44,200 nt of DNA from an uncultured Roseovarius sp. (GTDB lineage Bacteria; Pseudomonadota; Alphaproteobacteria; Rhodobacterales; Rhodobacteraceae), in NCBI GenBank assembly GCA_964574045.1, contig CAZNMK010000002.1, forward strand, positions 1 through 44,200, written 5' to 3'. Shown here piece after piece: positions 1-5,844 of this stretch. Numbering within the stretch: the first letter of the stretch is position 1; each line of letters begins with the position of its first letter. The notes under the pieces were generated by a model. The model was not told where the DNA came from and searched no databases. It saw only the letters and a program-made list of their open reading frames with translations. Made by a program: the position numbers and the translations under genes.

Positions 1-58
1 CTAACCCGGCGCTCGTTCGGACGGGCCTGACGGCCCGCCGCACAGCTCTGCGTTAGGC
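1..58 (+). mobile_element. attC: attC-like integron recombination site (5' end clipped by the window edge)
   Basis: CTAAC at 1-5 and GTTAGGC at 52-58. Inner arms GCT[C]GTTCGG[A]CGGGCC and GGCCCGCCGCACAGC pair with one mismatch, leaving the two unpaired bases typical of attC. Confidence 0.85.
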
Positions 59-271
59 GTCAGCATCCCAAGCAGCAACAACTGCCGCAACTTGAGTCTT
101 TGCGTTAATGCCAGCCTTGAATCCGCGCCTGTATGCTTCATTTACCAGCGCCTCGCAATCGCGGCGGTTCTGTTCACCGTCAATGCTCTTAGCGTCGTCC
201 CACGCCCATCCAGCCGCTTCGAGCACATCTTTCACTTGTTGCCTCGTGAGCTTCCGAATGTCTACGAACAT
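53..271 (-). CDS. hypothetical protein (cassette-borne, 72 aa)
   Basis: ATG at 269-271 overlaps the end of the upstream ORF; the TAA stop lies inside the attC core (53-55). Confidence 0.65.
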   Translation of the reverse strand: MFVDIRKLTRQQVKDVLEAAGWAWDDAKSIDGEQNRRDCEALVNEAYRRGFKAGINAKTQVAAVVAAWDADA

Positions 272-492
272 TCCATCTGCTCCTTGATAAATTGCGCAAG
301 CTGCCGGTCTTGCTCGTCGTTTAGCGCTCGTAGCTCGGCGAGCGCGTCGCTCGCGTGGCCGTGTTCCGCGAAATGGCCAATGCTCATAAACGGGTCTTTG
401 TCCGCCTGCGCAATCAGCGCAAACACGATCTTGCGCAGCATTACATTTTCGGCTCGTATGCGCACATTCTCATTCATCAGTTCTGAGTACAT
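262..492 (-). CDS. hypothetical protein (cassette-borne)
   Basis: GGAGG Shine-Dalgarno at 498-502 (minus strand) precedes the ATG at 490-492; the ORF track's TTG at 504 is less likely. Confidence 0.65.
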   Translation of the reverse strand: MYSELMNENVRIRAENVMLRKIVFALIAQADKDPFMSIGHFAEHGHASDALAELRALNDEQDRQLAQFIKEQMECS

Positions 493-508
493 TTCATCCT
501 CCAAAATC

Positions 509-568
509 GCCTAACAACCGCATCAAGCCGACTCCGCTTCGCTACGCGGCTTATGCGGAGCGTTAGAC
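509..568 (+). mobile_element. attC: attC integron recombination site (60 bp)
   Basis: GCCTAAC...GTTAGAC matches RYYYAAC/GTTRRRY. GCAT[C]AAGCCG[A]C pairs with GCGGCTTATGC, giving extrahelical G and T on the bottom strand. Layout resembles short aadA-type attC sites. Confidence 0.92.
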
Positions 569-867
569 TTCAGCCGGCGGCGTGATCGCGGTGACGGAGC
601 TGGCTCGGCCGCGCCGCACGAGCCCTCGCCCGGCTCCGGCGCATAGCCCGAGCCAGCGTCGCCGTCGTCGATCAGGTCATACTGAAACTCGCCGGACGGC
701 AGGTAATCGATCGGCTGCACGCCGGCCATCGCGCAGTCGACGAGATCCTGCTTGGTAGCCTGACGGCAGACCACGTCGCGCATCGCGTAGTGGCGCGCGT
801 GGGCCATGCCCTCAACCTTCAGCAGGACCGGCGCCTCGCTGCGCCGCTGGACAAAGAACAGTTTCAT
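523..867 (-). CDS. hypothetical phage protein whose 3' end runs into attC
   Basis: AAGGA RBS before ATG at 865-867 (MKLFFVQRR); the last codons are encoded by the attC bottom strand. Confidence 0.7.
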   Translation of the reverse strand: MKLFFVQRRSEAPVLLKVEGMAHARHYAMRDVVCRQATKQDLVDCAMAGVQPIDYLPSGEFQYDLIDDGDAGSGYAPEPGEGSCGAAEPAPSPRSRRRLKSNAPHKPRSEAESA

Positions 868-998
868 GGTCGTTTCCTTTCTGTTGAATAGGTGCCCTGC
901 TGATCCTGCGGGGCCGGGCCAGCCCTGTGGCGTCGGAGGTCGGGAGGGTCGTCCCGTGCTCAGCGCCACCGTTACGGCAATCAGCTTGCCTCCGTGGA

Positions 999-1376
999 TC
1001 AGAACGGTATGTCGTCGTCCGGCACCGTCTGCTGGGCCGCCGCCTGCCGCTGACCACCGCCGGCTGCCCGCCGCTGGCCACCTGCCGGCGCCCGGCGCTG
1101 CTGGGTCTGGGCTGGCGGAGCCGAGCGCTGAGCCGGCGGCTGAGCCTGACCACCGCCCTGCGCCTGCTCGCCATCGAACACCGAGACGATCAGCCGGCCA
1201 TCATCATCCAGCGGCAGCGCCGACAGGTTGATGAACGGCTTCAGCGTGATGAACCGGCGACCGTCGTCGAGCTCGACAAGCTCGCCGATGCGCTCGAACC
1301 GAGCCTTCTCGTTGCCGTCGCGGTCGGTGTAGAACCCGGCCTTGACCGCGAGGTTGCTCTTTGCTGCTACTCCCAT
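999..1376 (-). CDS. ssb: single-stranded DNA-binding protein-like
   Basis: Compact N-terminal domain, Gln/Gly/Pro-rich linker and acidic C-terminal DDDIPF tail; RBS GAGGAG. Confidence 0.7.
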   Translation of the reverse strand: MGVAAKSNLAVKAGFYTDRDGNEKARFERIGELVELDDGRRFITLKPFINLSALPLDDDGRLIVSVFDGEQAQGGGQAQPPAQRSAPPAQTQQRRAPAGGQRRAAGGGQRQAAAQQTVPDDDIPF

Positions 1377-1585
1377 GATGCGTTCTCCTCTAGTACCTGT
1401 TGCACGATTGCTCGACTGATCGCCGGCTCCGGGTCCAGCTCGTGGTACTCCGTCGCCGGGATCTGGGTTGCTTTGTTGGCCCTCACCACGTCATCGATGA
1501 TGAAGAGCACTACATAGAGCAGGGCCACTGTGACCAGCATCGCGATGCCGGCCAGCAGGTGCCCCGCGAACTCGCGCGGGGTCAT
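1367..1585 (-). CDS. hypothetical membrane protein (alternative start at 1642)
   Basis: One hydrophobic segment LLAGIAMLVTVALLYVVLFII; overlaps the ssb start. Confidence 0.55.
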   Translation of the reverse strand: MTPREFAGHLLAGIAMLVTVALLYVVLFIIDDVVRANKATQIPATEYHELDPEPAISRAIVQQVLEENASWE

Positions 1586-1679
1586 GCGATCGCTCCGATA
1601 GCGATTGCCGCGGCCCAAGCTACGATACTGATTGCTGCCCATCGGAAGACTCCTATTGCTGGGTCAAGGTCATCAAGGG

Positions 1680-1771
1680 TGGCCCGGCGACCGAAGTGGG
1701 TTTCGCCCCGTACAGCGTTTGGGAGAACGCATAGGGAGGAATCCGCACGGGACGCATCGATCGCCGGGCCA
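1680..1771 (-). ncRNA. candidate structured RNA: long hairpin with a C/U-rich anti-RBS loop
   Basis: Two stacked stems (15 and 12 bp) whose non-Watson-Crick pairs are all G-U on the minus strand; 27-nt loop AUUCCUCCCUAUGCGUUCUCCCAAACG; begins immediately after a stop codon. Confidence 0.55.
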
Positions 1772-1987
1772 TTACTCTGGGTCTGCGCAGTAGCGTATGC
1801 GGCGCCGATAAGCGTCGAGCCGCTCTGCCCTTTCGATGAACGGGTGATCCGGATCAAAGACACGAAGCGCAGCGGCGAGTCCGGTAGCGATCTCGGAGGC
1901 TCGAGCGATGTCAGCCACTGCTCTGGCGTCCGCGTAGTACACGAAACCTGCTCGCTGCTGTTCATTATCTGTTGCCTCATTGGTCAC
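1772..1987 (-). CDS. hypothetical protein
   Basis: GTG start overlapping the previous ORF's end; fits the tightly packed minus-strand operon. Confidence 0.5.
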   Translation of the reverse strand: MTNEATDNEQQRAGFVYYADARAVADIARASEIATGLAAALRVFDPDHPFIERAERLDAYRRRIRYCADPE

Positions 1988-2372
1988 GGGGATCGATCCT
2001 TTCCGGCGCGATCCATGCGCCACTGAGAACTGCCTCGCGGTCGGCGAGCGCGTCGCTCGCGTTCCACATGTTAATCGGCACCGCCTCGACATGCACCATG
2101 TCGCTCATCAGCCGTCGCAGGCCGCCGCGGCTCACCTGAGCCCAGATGCTGATGAAGCGAATATAGCGGCCCTTGCCGAACCAGCCCATCTGCTGGGCCA
2201 TCATGGCCGCAGCGATCCGGTGCTGCTGGATGTCGGTCATCCCGCCCACCGCCTGCCAGTCGAGGAACACCTTCCAGTCCTCACGGGTCGGGTCATAGGC
2301 CCGGAACCGCGGGAACATCTGTTTCGCCGACGGCGGCTGGTAGCGGGTGACAATGTAGCGGGTGGCGCTCAT
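1977..2372 (-). CDS. hypothetical protein
   Basis: TGATG coupling with the upstream ORF; codon usage matches the genome. Confidence 0.65.
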   Translation of the reverse strand: MSATRYIVTRYQPPSAKQMFPRFRAYDPTREDWKVFLDWQAVGGMTDIQQHRIAAAMMAQQMGWFGKGRYIRFISIWAQVSRGGLRRLMSDMVHVEAVPINMWNASDALADREAVLSGAWIAPERIDPRDQ

Positions 2373-2647
2373 CACAACACCTCGAGAGAGTCTTCCACCG
2401 AGACGGTGAGCTCGTACTCTTCGTTCATGTGGGCGACCACGGAGCCGAACCCGCCGTTGGCGATGATCAGCTTGGCCCCAATCCTTCGCTCACAGATACT
2501 CCGGAGGTCGCCGCTCTTTGAGAGCTCAGCCAATGCCCGGGCGTATACGCTTTGGGCCAGCATGCTCCGGGCCAAGAGCCCCAGAACCCTGTCCCCCTCG
2601 GCGCGGACCTTTTGCCTCAGCTCCTCGTCTAGATTCTCGATGCTCAT
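2372..2647 (-). CDS. hypothetical protein
   Basis: ATG at 2645-2647 (MSIENLDEEL) coupled by TGATG to the upstream ORF, with a GGAGG RBS. Confidence 0.65.
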   Translation of the reverse strand: MSIENLDEELRQKVRAEGDRVLGLLARSMLAQSVYARALAELSKSGDLRSICERRIGAKLIIANGGFGSVVAHMNEEYELTVSVEDSLEVL

Positions 2648-2925
2648 CAGTGCGACCTCCCCATCGGCTTCCCGTTGCGCAGGTTCTCGGTGCATTTCTG
2701 GCAGTTGTCCATGTGCTCGGCGAGACTGTCCCAGCAGGCCGCGGCAACCCGGAGAAACTCCTCGCGGGAAGACCCGGACAGCGCATGCGCTGCGGTCGCC
2801 ATCTTCACTGACACCGTACACATGTCTACCGGCGCCAGCCCGGCGTCCCTCATTCCCCTGAGGGCGCCCATCGCGATGTCCTCCAGTGCTGAGGCGTGCC
2901 GGGTCTCGAGATCCTCGTTGCTCAT
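2647..2925 (-). CDS. hypothetical protein with CxxC
   Basis: ATGA overlap with the upstream ORF; GGAGG RBS. Confidence 0.65.
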   Translation of the reverse strand: MSNEDLETRHASALEDIAMGALRGMRDAGLAPVDMCTVSVKMATAAHALSGSSREEFLRVAAACWDSLAEHMDNCQKCTENLRNGKPMGRSH

Positions 2926-3263
2926 GACTGCGCCTCCAGCTTGGCGAAGACCTCGTCCATCGCCCGGTTGAACCCTTCGTCGCCGCAGCTGTGATCGGAG
3001 ATCACCTCATCGCCGTTGCAGTTGATCAGCATCACCCGCTGCGACTTGCCGGCCACCTTGCGGAAGTAGATCGTCGAGTCGTCGACCGCGAATACGGCGT
3101 CGAGCGTCGCGTCGTCGGTGGTAGCCTTGACGAACTCCTCGCCGTCGAAGACCTTGACCGGGTGGTAGCCGTGCGATCGCAGGGTGGTGATCAGGAGCCT
3201 GACCACCGGCAGCGCAGCGGCTGCCGGGCAGTCTGGGGGCAGGTTCTCGTGGCTTAAACTCAT
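2922..3263 (-). CDS. hypothetical protein
   Basis: ATG at 3261-3263 preceded by the GGGAGAACGC RBS motif. Confidence 0.7.
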   Translation of the reverse strand: MSLSHENLPPDCPAAAALPVVRLLITTLRSHGYHPVKVFDGEEFVKATTDDATLDAVFAVDDSTIYFRKVAGKSQRVMLINCNGDEVISDHSCGDEGFNRAMDEVFAKLEAQS

Positions 3264-3340
3264 GATTGCGTTCTCCCAGTTAGAACCGGCTCCCCAGCCG
3301 GCTGTTGTCAATTTGAGCACAGCCGGGGAGCCGTCGTCAA

Positions 3341-3865
3341 CTACTGCTTCGCCGCCCGGGCCCGGGCCAGCTGCTCGGCCAGCGCCGCGCGCCGCTCAGG
3401 CGACAGGGGCGCGCGTTTGGCCTTTGGCCGGTAGCGAACCCCGTGCGCCTTGAATGCGTCGCGCAGGCGGTCGTGGGCCTCGACTCCGAGCATCGTGCGC
3501 ACCAGCCGCAGGTACACGTCGCAGAACTCCCAGCCGTGGCCGGCGACGTTGATTCCGTGGCGCCGGCTGATGGCAACGTGGGCGAGCTCGTGGAGGATGA
3601 TGAACTCAGTCCGGGCCCAGTGCGGGAGCGAGATCCCGAAGAACCCGCCCTTCGCCCGGGCTGCCCCGCGGCCGTCACCGACTTCCACTGGCCGGCGCGA
3701 GAGCTCTGGTGCGTAGCGCTTCACCAGTTCGCTGGCCCTGACCCGCTCGACGTAAGCGATCGCGGCTTTGATGTCGTCGTGCCTGTAGTCGGCATCGTTC
3801 CACACCGTGCGCTCGGCCTTGTAGACCTTCGCGCGCTGGCTGTCTCTCGGGGGGCGGCTGCTCAC
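3341..3865 (-). CDS. zincin-like metallohydrolase (SprT-like / TIGR04338-like)
   Basis: IILHELAH (HExxH), downstream HGWEF and N-terminal RDSQRAKVY motifs. Confidence 0.75.
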   Translation of the reverse strand: MSSRPPRDSQRAKVYKAERTVWNDADYRHDDIKAAIAYVERVRASELVKRYAPELSRRPVEVGDGRGAARAKGGFFGISLPHWARTEFIILHELAHVAISRRHGINVAGHGWEFCDVYLRLVRTMLGVEAHDRLRDAFKAHGVRYRPKAKRAPLSPERRAALAEQLARARAAKQ

Positions 3866-4278
3866 GACAGCACCTCATACGGGCGGTCCCAGCTGCCGAT
3901 GCTGATCGAGGTATACCAGCCGACGTCGTGGTAGTCGGTCATCAGGTCGCTGCGGTCGTGGTTGCCCGCGTTCATCGCGTCGGTGAGCTCCACGAGCGCT
4001 TCCAGACACTCGCCGCTAAAGCTCCGGCTGAGGTGGTAGTGGTTCACCTGCAGGTAGCCCTCCGACCCGGCGTACGCATCGCTGTTGGCGCGCGGCGGGT
4101 TACGCCACGACTGCTCGGCGATCGCATTCGCGATGAAATCCAGCCGGCCCGACCGGATGGTCAGGATCAGGGTGGAGTGGTGGCGAACCCGCAGCGAGCC
4201 CTTGAGCCCGTAGCGCTTCAGGATCTCTTTCACGCGCGGGGCGAGGGTCGCCTTGCGCTCTTGATTCATCCAAGCCAT
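3862..4278 (-). CDS. conserved phage early protein, function unknown
   Basis: ATG at 4276-4278 after the GGGAGAACGC RBS; first gene downstream of the strong promoter; C-terminal MTDYHDVGWY motif. Confidence 0.75.
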   Translation of the reverse strand: MAWMNQERKATLAPRVKEILKRYGLKGSLRVRHHSTLILTIRSGRLDFIANAIAEQSWRNPPRANSDAYAGSEGYLQVNHYHLSRSFSGECLEALVELTDAMNAGNHDRSDLMTDYHDVGWYTSISIGSWDRPYEVLS

Positions 4279-4324
4279 TTGCGTTCTCCCAGTTTCGGCC
4301 AGCACCCCGCCGGCCACAGTTACC

Positions 4325-4353
4325 CTTATACGCAGGTGAATTTCGTATGTCAA
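4325..4353 (-). promoter_or_regulatory. sigma70-type early promoter
   Basis: TTGACA-17 bp-TATAAG on the minus strand, about 45 bp upstream of the 4278 start. Confidence 0.8.
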
Positions 4354-4432
4354 TACATATGACCTATTTGCCGTGGTATGCAGACCGGACTTCAGGTGGT
4401 AATATCGGCGCTCCATCACGAAGGAGAGACCG

Positions 4433-4687
4433 ATGACCGAGGAGCTCAAGATCGACGACGACGTGCCACTGCCCCGGCGCAATAGCTTGGACGGGCCGCG
4501 CGCTGGCCGGCCGGTGAAGTTTCCCGCGCTGGAGAAGATCCTCCCGGGCCAGAGCTTCGTCTACCCCGGCACCCCGGGCGCCGCCGAGTCGTGGCTGACC
4601 CGGATGCGGCGCCGCAACCCCGGGACCAAGTGGACGATGCGCTCGGACATGGACAAGAAAGAGACGAGGATCTGGCGGTTGGAATAG
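4433..4687 (+). CDS. small phage protein, putative DNA-binding regulator
   Basis: AAGGAG RBS; divergent from the early operon; KIDDDVPLP...FP...PGQSF...RIWR pattern seen in small phage proteins. Confidence 0.65.
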   Translation: MTEELKIDDDVPLPRRNSLDGPRAGRPVKFPALEKILPGQSFVYPGTPGAAESWLTRMRRRNPGTKWTMRSDMDKKETRIWRLE

Positions 4688-4765
4688 CGCGGCTTACAAT
4701 CTAAACACCAGCGATCTGGCGGTTGTAATAGCGCCCCCATTCCAGCAGCCAGTTCCACACGCTTC

Positions 4766-4793
4766 AAGGCCGGGTTACACCGGCCTTTCTTTT
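4766..4793 (+). terminator. intrinsic terminator
   Basis: AAGGCCGG-GTTACA-CCGGCCTT followed by TCTTTT. Confidence 0.7.
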
Positions 4794-4799
4794 GTCTGC

Positions 4800-5235
4800 G
4801 ATCTCGACGGAGTTGAGCCGTGAAAATATATCCGTCTCTGCTCCGCCTCAAAAACCGTCTAGATACCCGCCTGAACCCTCACTATATATATATATAAATC
4901 AAACAGTTAGTAGTAGTAGTAGTAGAGGGATAATTACGACGGATATGAATTTCATCCATTTATAGTAGCTATACGCGCGTGTGTGTGTGCGTGTGTGTGT
5001 GTGCGTGCATGAGGGTGTATTTTTTTCGTGAACCGTCTCGATAAACCGCCATGATGACATACATATGCATACCTACTCTAATGAAATCAATGACTTGAAA
5101 ACCATTACGACGGGGATCTCAACGGACATGAGACGGTTGTGTGCTGCATTGTACTCATAGGGAATCAATGAGTTACTGGATTGCGCCGGAGTTGTAGACG
5201 GAGTGGGGCTTTGACTGCCCTACTAATGACGGTGA
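4800..5235. promoter_or_regulatory. AT-rich non-coding control region (candidate replication origin or packaging site)
   Basis: Three WATCAANNNNTTR (IHF consensus) matches at 4897-4909, 5085-5097 and 5163-5175; repeated GACGG/CCGTC motifs in both orientations; no credible ORF; directly upstream of terS. Confidence 0.55.
4883..5011. repeat. simple-sequence tracts: (TA)7, (TAG)6 and a 42-bp alternating purine-pyrimidine run
   Basis: (TA)7 at 4883-4896, (TAG)6 at 4908-4925, alternating run at 4970-5011. Confidence 0.9.
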
Positions 5236-5283
5236 TCAGTCCAGACTGTTGCGATCCTTCGCACGGCTGGCCACAATCTGGCG

Positions 5284-5844
5284 ATGAGCAAGCTCAACGA
5301 ACGACAGAAACGGTTCTGCGAGGAGTACGTCGTCAGCCTGAACGCGACCGAGGCGGCGATCAAAGCCGGCTACTCGAACAAGACGCGCAACGCAGCGAGC
5401 GTGCTGGGGAGCAAACTTCTCGGTAGCATTCACATCCAGAGATATATCAGCCAGCTACAGGCCAAACGCCAAGAGCGCGTTGAGATCACGCAGGATCGCG
5501 TCCTGCTGGAGATCTACCGTCTGGCTATGGTGGACGTCGTCGACACGATCGATCCCGACACAGGCTCTCTGAAGGCGATACACGACATGCCTGAGCCGGT
5601 GCGCCGCGCGATCAGTTCGATCGAGGTCGACGAGATCTATGACGGCAGCGGGCGCGACAGGCAGGTGATCGGCCACACGCGCAAGATCAAGTTCTGGCCG
5701 AAGGATAAGTCGCTCGAGATGCTCGGCCGCCACCTGCGGCTGTTCATCGACCGGCTCGAGGTCGACGACAAGCGCGACATGTCGTCGATGGAGGCCGCGG
5801 CCAAGCTCAAGGCCGGCATCCTCGCCGCGCTCGTCGCCAAGTAG
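5284..5844 (+). CDS. terS: terminase small subunit
   Basis: LNERQKRFCEEY...NATEAAIKAGYS N-terminus and DKSLEMLGRHL motif; directly upstream of terL. Confidence 0.93.
   Translation: MSKLNERQKRFCEEYVVSLNATEAAIKAGYSNKTRNAASVLGSKLLGSIHIQRYISQLQAKRQERVEITQDRVLLEIYRLAMVDVVDTIDPDTGSLKAIHDMPEPVRRAISSIEVDEIYDGSGRDRQVIGHTRKIKFWPKDKSLEMLGRHLRLFIDRLEVDDKRDMSSMEAAAKLKAGILAALVAK

Larger units (their letters stand above)
53..562 (+). mobile_element. putative integron-type gene cassette (510 bp) carrying two antisense ORFs
   Basis: Starts at G|TTAGGCG (52-59); its own attC inverse core CGCCTAAC (508-515) is the exact reverse complement. The segment looks less GC-rich than the flanking phage genes. Confidence 0.8.

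Noticed and set aside
1582..1980. 132-aa minus-strand ORF with a hydrophobic C-terminus
   Set aside because: Overlaps ORF 1772-1987 and the hairpin, and has no good start near the hydrophobic part; a short version cannot be excluded.
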